From Prasinococcaceae sp. CCMP 1430 (lineage: Eukaryota; Plantae; Prasinodermophyta): a stretch of 64,000 bases of DNA. The notes beneath the pieces were generated by a model, which saw only the letters and a list, made by a program, of their open reading frames with translations, did no database searches and was not told the DNA's origin. The position numbers and the translations under genes were made by a program. Location: assembly GCA_013416795.1 (NCBI GenBank), contig RQSC01000027.1, forward strand, positions 1 to 64,000, read 5' to 3'. Shown in pieces: positions 1 through 9,900 of the stretch (positions are counted from its first letter, which is position 1; the number at the start of each line of letters is the position of its first letter).

Positions 1-1522
1 GTGGCCCCGGCCACGGCGGGGCCGGCCGCAGGGCCCCCGTGCGGCGGCGGCACAGACGGCGGCGTGGACGTACCGCTGCCGTTGCGCCTGCGCCCGGCGG
101 TGCACATCATTTCGGCGGCGGAGCTCCTCGCGCTGAAACAGGAGTGCGCGGCTTCCGATGCTGCAGCAGCGGCGGCACCCGCCAGTGCGCCGAGCGCGGT
201 CGCGGGCGACACCGCGGCGGCCGTGCCGGACGCGGCAGACGCAGCTCAGCTCGGCCGAGAGCTCGAGTGGCTGTTTGAGGATGCCGTCGTCGGCTGGAGC
301 GATCTGGCCGCAATCGCCAAGGCGGAGAGGGGCGCCGATGATGGCCCCTCCGCATTGCGCACTGCTAGCTCAGCGCTCCGCAGCCGGCTGTCGGCTGCCG
401 AGCTGCGGGCGCTGTGGCGAGAACGCACGTCCGCGCGGCGGCCACTGCAGTACCTGACAGCATCGGCTGACTGGTTCGACATGGTGCTGAGTGTGGGCGA
501 GGGCGCGCTCGTGCCGCGACCAGAGACTGAGCTGCTGCTCGAGTTTGCGCTTGAGTTTGCGGCGGGAACGGAGGGCGAAGTCACGACTACCGGCAGTGCG
601 CCAGCCCCTTGGGCGGACCTCGGCACCGGCTCGGGCGCGCTCGCGGTCGGCCTCGCAAGGCACCTTCCGGGGGCGCACTCTCTCTCGCGCGTACTAGCCC
701 TCGACGCGAGCGCTGCGGCGCTACGCTGGGCGCGCGAGAATGCGCGGCGGCAAGGTGTCGGTGCGCGCGTCGAGACGCTGCTCGGCAGCTGGGAGAGATT
801 CCCCAGCGGCGACGCCAATGAGGTGCGCCGACGCGTTCGCGTGCTGAACCCGACTGTGCGCACGCACGGTGCTTAGCCACCGCCTGTTCTCGCCTCCGCT
901 CGAATGCCTGACCGCGCCGCTGGCTGCACCACGCACTGTCGCGTTCCGCACCGCTACGCAGGCGGTCGCCGCGATGGAGGCGATGGGGCTGCGTGAGGGC
1001 ACGTTCGCCGGCGTGGTCTCTAACCCTCCGTACGTGCCTTCCGAGCGGCTTGCCACACTGCAGGTCGAGGTACGCGACCACGAGCCATGGAGCGCGCTGG
1101 ATGGCGACGCCTCTGCGGCCGGCGTTGGCCTTGCTCCGACGCGCGCGCCCGCGCAGGCAGACTCGCCCGGCGAGCGCGCGGACTACCCTGCCGACATTGC
1201 GGGCGCACGCGTTCCCTTCGAGGCCGCGCGCCTGGGCGCGCGCTTGCTCGCACCGGGAGGCTTTCTCGCGCTCGAGGTTGACGGCGCCGAGCAGGTGCGC
1301 ATGCGCGTGGGGAGGCGCCTGCGAGGCATGGAGCACAAGCTCCTTTCGCGTGCTGACGCAGCGCGGCGCCCATAGAGCCGCGCGCTGGCCGACGCCATGC
1401 GCCTTCGCGGCGGCCTCGGGGAAGGCGTCGCGTTTGAGCGCGTCGAGACGCGCAGCGACTACGCAGGCGTCGAGAGGTTCGTGCTGGGTGTCAAGCTGCC
1501 GGCGGCGGCGCCCGCGCGGTAG
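1..1522 (+). CDS. prmC: PrmC/HemK release-factor N5-glutamine methyltransferase (5' end outside window); exons <1-822, 962-1294, 1376-1522
   Basis: Motifs GALVPRPETELL, DLGTGSGAL, VVSNPPY and C-terminal DYAGVERFV. GT-AG introns 823-961 and 1295-1375 (both with CTGAC) join the three frames in phase. TAG at 1520-1522. Confidence 0.88.
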
Positions 1523-1543
1523 ACATCCAGCGAGCTCTCATGT

Positions 1544-1548
1544 TGTAA
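1544..1548 (+). terminator. TGTAA (UGUAA) chlorophyte-type poly(A) signal
   Basis: 21 nt after the PrmC stop. The same pentamer follows other stops at 28747(+), 30757(+), 30892(-), 36911(+), 48415(+) and 55706(-). Confidence 0.65.
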
Positions 1549-1564
1549 CATACGTACAGTACTG

Positions 1565-1755
1565 TATGAGACACGCCGCGAACCACGAGCAAGCGCAGCA
1601 TGCGCGCGCTTGCGGCTTGGGCGCGCCCCTGCTCACGCTGCGACGGCGGCCGCGGCGCGCCTGCCAGCGCCTCGACCTTGCCGTCCGCGCTCGCCCCGCC
1701 CTCCCCCTGCACGAGCTCTTCGGCGAGCGGGCTGCCTCCCTCGAGCACCCACTCG
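1565..1755 (-). pseudogene. Duplicated 3' fragment (last ~38 codons plus 3' UTR) of the SAM-TM gene at 5248-5970
   Basis: Aligns without gaps to 5175-5365 with 12 mismatches in 191 nt. The parental TAG stop is CAG here, and the SAM/TM part is absent. Confidence 0.7.
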
Positions 1756-2261
1756 TGGAGCGCTGCACACAGTGGTCTCCCATCGCCAGTAGCCATGCCC
1801 ATTTCAGCGTCGGGTCTGGGACGAAATCGGCTCCCCCTCCCCCCCCCCCCCACACACAAAAAAAAGCGGTTTGCCGGCCGCGTTCGATTTCCATCCGTTT
1901 TCCAGCAGCGCGACGCAAAGGCCGCGCGAGGCGCCGCGCGGCGCTTCTCCGCAGGGTGCTGCGCACAGGTGTCGTCGTCGCGGCGTCGCAGCCGCCAACC
2001 AACCGCCAACTGGCAGCCTTTGGTTGGAGGTTCCCCGGCACTTTTGGCAACCGTCTTTGAATTGGAATCGACGGTGTCTGAATCGGAAGCGCCGCGTAAC
2101 CGACTGCGCGCGCGTCCGACCCGCAACCGGCCGCTGCGGCGCGACGGCCGCGCGGGGCGCCACAGGGCGCGGCCTCCTCGCCTCGCCTCGCCTGCGGGGT
2201 GGTGGGGGGGGTAGGGGGGAGGGTGTTGGTGGCGCGGCTGGTGTTACGAGTGGCGGGCGAC

Positions 2262-4933
2262 ATGGCGGACCCGGCGCGCCTCGGCGGCGGCTTCGGCCGC
2301 GGCAAGACGCTGCGGCCGTACGCCGACGGCGGCGAGGACAGCTCGGGGGGCTCGCGCGAGAGCGCGCGCTGGTGCTCGCCGTCGCGCTCGCCGCCGTCGC
2401 AACGGGAGCGTCCGCGGCCGCGAGCGACGCCGCCAGCGACGAGTATGCGCAGCTGCTGGCGGGAGTGGGCGACTTTGACTTGGACTTTCACGCCAGTCGG
2501 ATTCAGCTGCTCTCGTCCAGTGCCTTTCCGCTGGCAGCCGCGGAGGATGGCGTCTACGTGGCTGCCGCCGTGAGCGGCGCCGGCCGGGTGGTGGCGTTCG
2601 GCCACGAGGCGATGCTCACCAAGGGTGCGAGCGGCGAGGGAGGCGCAGGCGCGCAGACGCTGATTGGCAACGCGCTGGCGTGGCTCGCGTCTGCGGATGG
2701 GGCGGCTGATGAGGTGCGGCTCGTGGTGCAGTCGTCCTACAACAATGGCCAAACGGCCGCCTTTGCTGCCGCCGCGTCGGCCGCGCTGCCACGTGACGCC
2801 AGCGTGACGACCCAGCGGGTCACCTGGATGCCCGAAGGGCTCGTTGCCGGCCGCGACGTCGCTGTGGTCAACTTCCACGACCTCGAGGATGACGACATCC
2901 ATCCACTCCTTGCATTCGTCGCTGCCGGCGGCGGCGTGCTCGGCGGCGGCCATGCGTGGTGGTGGGCCTACAGCAACGACAACGACAACGCCTACGCCAA
3001 CCACCCTGCTAATGCGCTGCTCGTGCCGCTGGGCCTTGGGCTCGACTCACGCACGGTCGGATCCACAGTGCTGTCTGAAGTGCCCAGTGAGCTCCCCGGG
3101 GGAGAGTACAACCTCTGGTCGGTCGGCGCAGCACTCGAGGCCTTTGGTGCGGATGTCCTCGACCAGGGCTCCGCCGAGGAGGAAATGGCCCTCACGACTA
3201 TCGCCGACGCGTTGGCCTTCGTGCCCGCCGATGCCGATGCGGAACTCTGGGCCGCCGCGGACGCGGCCTTTTCTTCGAGTGAGTTGGAGGTAGGGCACTT
3301 TCCCCTCCGGTACACCGGCTTGGCCAAGCTGGCGCTCGTTGTGGCCGAGACCCGCGAGCAGCACCTCCCTGCGAGCAGCATCGAGCCGAGCGCCTGGGCG
3401 AGAGGCTCCTGCAGTCACTGTCAGATGCCGGCGGATGCAACGAAGCGGCGTACAGTGGCAAAGCTGACTGTCAACGCCAGCTACCCCGGGCGAAATGATC
3501 GCTTTTTCTACTCGTCTCCCGACGCGAGCCTGTGGATATCGACAGGGCTTTACCTCGCGCCGGGCGAGGCGGCCGAGGTGGGGCTGCCACCCGCCGCGGT
3601 ACGGAGCGGCTGCGTGTCACTGCAGGTCGGCGCACACTCCGACGAATTACACCAAATTAAACGGCTAGAGCGGCCGCCAAAGATCACGCGCACGTTTGCC
3701 GTCGAGACGGACACTACCACTGTCGCGAATGCCCACGGTGGTCTGCTGTATCTCGTGGTCGAACCCGGCTGCACCGCGGGCGAGGTCGAGATGCAGGTGG
3801 AAGGCGCATATGACGCCCCTCGGTTCGTTCTTGGAGTCACCGATCCTGACGATTACATCAAGGCAGTGACCTCGCCTCTCGCCGCGCCATGGACAGAGCT
3901 TGAGTGCGAGTCGCTCATCCTCACGGTGCGCACAGTCGACGCTGCGGCCGCGGCCTCCGAGGCAACCGCAGTGATGGAGCACTGGGAGCGCGCGATGCAG
4001 CTGGGGAGGGACCTCGCGTCCGAGGGCCGTCCCTACGTCCGCAAAGAGCGCATTGTCTCGGACGTGCAAATCAGCGTGGGATGGATGCACTCTGGATATC
4101 CCATCATGGGGCATCTGGAACACAGCGCGCTGGTAGTGAGCGTCGACGAGCTGTGTGGCCAAGGTACCGGGGAGCTGGGCGGTTGGGGGCCCTATCACGA
4201 GCTTGGCCACAACTTTCAAGGGCGGGATTGGATGCTTCCAGGCACGGACGAAAGCAGCTGCAACTTGTTCAGCCTCATCATAGCCGAGCGCGAGTGCGGC
4301 ATGCAACCCGGCAGGGGCCACCCGGCGCGCAGCCCCGAGAGTGTTTCGGAGCGATGGGAGGAATACAGCGCGGCCAAATATCCAGACTTCAGCGTGTGGT
4401 TCGGGCTCGACTTCTTTATGGAGCTCCAAAGTGCGCTTGGTGGGTGGGAAGCTCTGGCAGGCGTACTGGCGACGTACGCGAGCGAGAGCACACGCACGTG
4501 TGACCCGTGCACGCTCGAGAATGTGGGCGCGGGCTGGTCGCCCGCCAGCGAGCGAGCGCGCTTCGACTTGCTCATGGCGCGCTCGGCGGTGGCGCTGGGT
4601 GCGCGCGGGCTCGAGGCAGCGGAGATCTTTGGGCCGAACAAGTGGAGGCTGCCCGTGAGCGACGCGGCCCTCGAAAGCATACTCGAAGCGGAGTGGGGCG
4701 AGTCGCCCTCCGAAGCGGACGGCGGAAGCTCGCCCAAGGAAAAGAAGAAGAGCAACAAGAAGGACAAGAAGAAGAAGAAGCAGAAGAAAAACAAGAAGAC
4801 GAAGCTCGAGAAGCTCTCCAAGAAGGCCATCAAGAAGCTGTGCAAGGGCGCCAAGTCAAAGAAGAAGTGCAAGAAGGGTCACGCGAAGAAGCTCTGTACC
4901 TTTAGCAAGAGAAAGGGCTGCGCGCCCAGGTAG
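2262..4933 (+). CDS. TCAF/FAM115-like M60 (enhancin-type) zinc metallopeptidase with Lys/Cys-rich C-terminal tail; start unresolved
   Basis: TCAF-like blocks EYAQLLAGV, GRVVAFGHE, FVAAGGGVLGGGHAWWW, WISTGLY, QVGAHSD and RIVSDVQISVGWMHSGYPI. Zinc motif HELGHN with downstream GTDESSCN. Nearest ATG (2262) is out of frame with the main ORF. Confidence 0.85.
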
Positions 4934-5174
4934 GAGGTTGGCCGACACATCCGACGGGGTGGCAAGCAGCCGCGCGCGCACGACTCACACGCTCTCTTAA
5001 GGAATGCCGCAAATCGCACGTAGCAATCGCATCCATCTTTCCACGCGCGCGCGCGCACGAGCTTGAGAGCGTACCACAGCGGCGGAACCCGTCGAGCGTC
5101 TGCTCGGCTGCCGAGCCCGCCCGTGCAACTACGCCAGCCGCGTCGCTGCATGCTGTAGTTCCCGCAGTAAAAGA

Positions 5175-5365
5175 TATGAGACACGCCGCGAGCCACGAGC
5201 AAGCGCGGCATGCGCGCGCTTGCGGCTTGGGCGCGCCCCTGCTCACGCTACGTCGATGGCCGCGGCGCGCCTGCCAGCGCCTCGACCTTGCCGTCCGCGC
5301 TCGCCCCGCCTTCCCCCTGCACGAGCTTTTCGACGAGCGGGCTGACTCGCTCCAGCACCCACTCG
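5175..5365. repeat. Second copy of 191-bp direct repeat (partner 1565-1755)
   Basis: Direct sequence comparison: offset 3610 nt, ~94% identity, no indels. Confidence 0.95.
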
Positions 5366-5970
5366 GGAAGGTAGCGCTGCACGAGTCCCTGCTTCCAGTA
5401 GTACCACAGCATGACCCCCACGTAGACGCCCGCGTCCGCGATCTCCTTGCGAGTGACCCGCACGCAGCAAGCACACACCATGCCAATTGCGAGCGTCGTC
5501 GCCGCTGAAATCCATAGGGCCGTTGTCGCGGCTGTGATGACGGCCTGGACGCCCACAGCCGCGGCAGCAGCGGCGGTCTGCGCGACTGACGCCGCGAGCG
5601 CGCTCAGCGCTCCCTGGCGGGCGTCGCACCCGTCCTGCAGCCGCCGCCTCTCGCGCTCCGCGTGCGTGACTATTCTGCGCCGGTGCGCGCGCAGCGTGAC
5701 GTCGCCGTCTGCCTCCAGATCGTCGAGCGTCACATGCAGCATATCGTACAGCGAGTCGTAGCCGCGCGCCTCGAGAGCCGCGGCGTGCTCTTCGAGGCCA
5801 ATCTGTGAAAGGAACGAGCGCACAGCGCCCACGCCCGCAGCGGTGCGCGCGTAAACGACGCCATTGTCGGCGGCGCATCCAACTGCGGCGCCGTCCCCAA
5901 ACCCGCCCAGGGACGCCGTCAAGAGTGCCACGGCGATCCCGACCAAGCTGCCAGCGCCTGACACGCGCAT
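5248..5970 (-). CDS. Signal peptide + SAM (sterile alpha motif) domain + transmembrane protein, 240 aa
   Basis: Hydrophobic N-terminus, SAM-like VRSFLSQIGLEEHAAALEARGYDSLYDMLHVTLDDLEADGDVTLRAHRRRIV, then an Ala/Val-rich hydrophobic segment (VQAVITAATTALWISAATTLAIGMVCACCV). Confidence 0.65.
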   Translation of the reverse strand: MRVSGAGSLVGIAVALLTASLGGFGDGAAVGCAADNGVVYARTAAGVGAVRSFLSQIGLEEHAAALEARGYDSLYDMLHVTLDDLEADGDVTLRAHRRRIVTHAERERRRLQDGCDARQGALSALAASVAQTAAAAAAVGVQAVITAATTALWISAATTLAIGMVCACCVRVTRKEIADAGVYVGVMLWYYWKQGLVQRYLPEWVLERVSPLVEKLVQGEGGASADGKVEALAGAPRPST

Positions 5971-6470
5971 AGCGCCGCCGTGCCGAGGCCACTACACGTG
6001 CGCCGGCGCCAGCGCACGTGCCGAGGCTGCCCCGCCAGGCTTGTGGCACCGGCCGCGCTCCCATCAGGTGGGCGGCCCGGGTGCGCCCCTCGGGCCAGAC
6101 ACGCGTCCGTGGGGACGGGGTTGGGGTGACGCGCCGGCCTCCGGAGAGCGCCGCTGTCGAAGTTACGCGGCGGCACCCGCGCGGCCGCCGCGGGGCAAAA
6201 GCCCCACGGCGCGCGCGCGCCGCTACCACATTTTTTACCAGCTGTGCGCAGCGGGCGTGTGCAGCCCCGCTCAGTCGGCACCCGCACGTGCCATCACCAT
6301 CTCCCCTCTCGCCCCGCGCCCTGCGCGCGCCAGCGCCGGCCTCACCTGGGGGAACGCACTCAACGCTTTGCCGCTGGCCGCGCACGCGATTTCGCGCGCC
6401 CCCCCGCGAATTCACGCCAGTAAAAAACCCATGCCAAAACACGCTCCGAGCCCCACATCGCAATGACGAG

Positions 6471-6612
6471 TTAGGGTTTACAATATCCGTCCGCGCGCGT
6501 GCAAACGCAACTCTAACGCGTTTCGACGCGGATCGCGGAAGCGGCGGTCCGTCACCCTAACTCCGACAGACCCAACCCAAACCCGCGAACACAAACCCTG
6601 TTATCTAACCCT
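6471..6612. promoter_or_regulatory. Telo-box cluster in the divergent SAM-gene/dynein promoter
   Basis: TTAGGGTTT 6471-6479, CCCTAA 6555-6560, AAACCCT 6593-6599 and CTAACCCT 6605-6612 lie in an AT-richer intergenic patch. Confidence 0.55.
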
Positions 6613-6979
6613 TACTGTATACCGCGAATGAACCCGAAGCGGCCGCGCGGCGCGGCGCCTCGCGGGGGTGTTGCGCCGGATCCGGATCCTGCGGAACGGA
6701 TTTTCGATCCATTTCGATCCGCGGTATGAGGTACACAAACACCTCAAAACGGAAGTATTTGTGCGTACGCGATATCACTCCCTCGCTCACGATGTGCCTG
6801 ATGGCTGTGCGCGCGCGCGTGTGTGTGTTGATGAGTGTGCGAGGGCGCGTGTGCGGTGTGGTCAAGGGAGGCATGGCGGTGGCAGCGGGGGCGGGTTAGG
6901 CGAGAGACCGCGCACTCGGGGGCGATGGCGGCGGTCTCGATGGCTCCCGCGCAGCGGGCGGCGTACGCGCGGCGTGGCG

Positions 6980-9900
6980 ATGGTGCGCCAGCTGGACGCG
7001 AGCGATGCGCGCGTGCAGTGGCTGCAGCAGCGCGCGGCCGCCGCGCTCGGCGCGACCGAGGCCGAATTCGGCGAGGCGCTCCACGACGAGGGCGGCTGCG
7101 CGGCAATCAGCGCGTTCTGCGCGGCCGGCGGCGAGGCGGCGCTGCTGCTGTATAGGCAGGAGGTGGTGGAGGAGGCGCCCGCAGACGAGGGCGAGGAGGA
7201 GCAGACGGCGGCGGACGATGCCTCCCAGGCCGAGGCGCAGGAGTCGCCCGCCTCGGAGAGCCCGACCGACGGCCCTGCCGACGCCGACGCCTGGCGGGCG
7301 CCCGAAGGGTGCGAACAGGCAGACGGCGGCGCGCCAAAGGGGGGGGACGGTGCCGAAGGGGGCGAACAGGCCGACGGCGGCGCGCCAGAGGGCGGTGGCG
7401 GCGCCGACGGCGAGCATGGCACCGACCCCGAGGGAGCCAGCGCGTCCGATGCGGATGATCAGGCCGATGGAGCCGAGGACGCGGCCACAGATACGGACGG
7501 GCCCGTACTGGAGGCCGGTGAGCAGACGGAGGCCGCCGCGGCCGACGCCGACACCAACGCGGCGGGAGCCGGCGAGGACGCGCTCGCGCCGGGGCCTACG
7601 GAGGTCGTCGGCACGCCCACAGCAAAGCCGGTGACCAGGCCGCGCCCGACGATCACCCACTACGTGCTGCGCGCGACAACGTGCCAGCTCGCCCCCGACG
7701 CGTCGACCGCTGCCACGCTCTACTTCCTGCGCTCCAACACCCTGGAGGAGCTGCCGTCCACCCCTTCGAAGCTCGACGACGAGGTCGAAATGGGCGTGCT
7801 CGGCGAGGGCCCGAACCTGGCCATGCTGGAGCAGATGCTCACCAACGTGTACCTCCCGATGATGAGCGGCGGGAGCGCGGCCGACGCTGCGAATGTCGCC
7901 TCGGGCGCGCCCGGCGCGTTCGTCACCGAGGTGCACAGCGAGCTCGTGGGCAACATGCAGAAGTTCGCGAGCCAGGTGGTGCACACGCTGCAGCAGCTCA
8001 ACGGCGACATCCACCTGACGATCCCCGACGTGGATGTGTCGAGCATCGAGGCGGCAGTCGAGGACTACGATCTCGTCAGCCAGCTCGAGAGCGCCATGTC
8101 AGAGTGGACGTCGGTGCTATTGAGCGCCATCCAGCGCGAGGGGGAGAAGGTGCCCCTCGGCAATGGCCCGCTCGCCGAGATCGACTTTTGGCGCGAGCGC
8201 AACGCCAGCCTGTCGTCGCTGTACGAGCAGCTCAACCTGCCCAACGTCAAGGCCATGCTCACGGTGCTCGATCACGGCTCGACTGACTCCAACCTACTCG
8301 AGGCCTTCCAGGCGCAGTACGCCGAGCTTACCAAGCTGTACGTCGAGGCAAAGGACAACGTCAAGTTCCTCACGACGCTCGAGCGCCACTTCAAGAACAT
8401 CTCCAACGGCTCCATGCAGCTGGTGCTGGACACCCTGCCGCCCATGATGAACGCCCTGCGCATGGTCTGGATTATCTCGCGACACTACTCGGACGACACG
8501 CGCATGGGTAATCTCCTCGAGCGCATCGCCAACGAGATCTCGGGCAAGGTCGCCGGCGAGATGGACCTGCGGGTGATCTTCAAGCGGCCCGCCGCCGAGA
8601 GCGTGCCCCACATCAACTTCGCGAAGAAGGTGCTCGAGCAGTGGAGCGAGATCTATCTGCAGGTGCGCGAGAAGATTGAGACGAGCGGCCGCGACAATCG
8701 GTGGGAGTTCGACCGCCGCAGGCTGTTCGAGCGCACGACTTACATGGCCAACATCTGCTCGGACCTGAGGGAGGTGGTGGTGGTGTCAGACGAATTCGCG
8801 CGCTTCCTGGGCCCCGAGCTCAAGGCGGTGACTGGCGACGCTATCGGCATCGATGACGTGATTGCGCAGGTGGCCCAGATGCTCAAGCCCATCGAGAATC
8901 TGCCCTTCGATCCGTGGGACAAGCGCTACAGCAGCCAGTGGGTCGATGTCATGGCCAAATTCAAAAGCGACAGCGAGCGCATCGGACGCGCCACGCGCGC
9001 CTTCATCGACACCAGCTTCAAGAAGCTGCGCTCGGCCGAGAGCGCCCTCGAGCTGCTGCGAAGTTTCCAGTCGATCGCGCCCGCCGAGGGCGGCGCCTCT
9101 CGCTCCAACGCGTCGACCGGCCTCGAGATGGCTGAGAAGATCTCGGACATCCTCGCGCAATTCTCGCGCGAGATCGACGCCACGCGCGAGATCTTCGAGG
9201 CGAACGAGAGCGACCCATGCTGCACGCGCAACGCACCGCCCGTGGCGGGCGCGATAAACTGGAGCCGTTCGCTCTTCGGTCGCGTGCGCCAGACGATGAA
9301 CCGCTTCGGCGCCTTCGACGGCGCCATGGCCGATGGCGTCGGCACCGAGGTGCACCGCAAGTACATCGCGCTCGCCAAGCAGATGCTTGGCTTCGAGAAA
9401 GCCAAGTTCCAGCAGTGGAGCGAGAATGTCGACGTCACCGCCGCGCAGCATCTCAAGAGCTCCATCATCGCCAGCGCGGCCGACGGCACCATCGTGACCA
9501 ACTTCCACCCCGACCTGATGCGCCTCATACGCGAGACCCGGTACCTCGACCGCATGGGTTTCGACATCCCTGAGGTGGCCCTGAGCGTGTGTCTGCAGGA
9601 ATCAAAGTACCACGCGTACTTGGAGGGCCTCCAGTCCATGCTCGCATCCTACCGTGCGGTGACGTCTAACCTCTCGGACGCGGAGCGTTCGCTGCTGTCA
9701 TCGCGGCTGAGCGCGCTGCGGCGCGTGCTCGACCCGGGCTTCTCGCCGCTCAATTGGAACTCGCTGGGCGTCCTCGACTTCATCAGCACCGCCACCAAGG
9801 CCATAAACGACTTCCAGGCGCTGGTTAATCAGGTGCAGAAGAGCTCGGGCCTCATCGAGAAGGTGGTCGACTCGATCGCGCGCGCACAGATCGCGTGTGA

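Noticed and set aside
1491-2126. 211-aa minus-strand ORF containing EWVLEGGSPLAEELVQGEGG..
   Set aside because: Its only protein-like part is the duplicated 3' fragment of the SAM gene read through a lost stop. The rest is promoter-like sequence with poly-A/C runs.
6471-6612. Interstitial telomere or chromosome-fusion scar
   Set aside because: Only isolated 6-9 nt motifs are present, not tandem arrays, so they are better explained as telo-boxes.
6668-6979. N-terminal 104 aa of the ORF-track dynein
   Set aside because: It starts at a non-ATG codon and reads through GT/GC microsatellite-like UTR. ATG 6980 is the plausible start.
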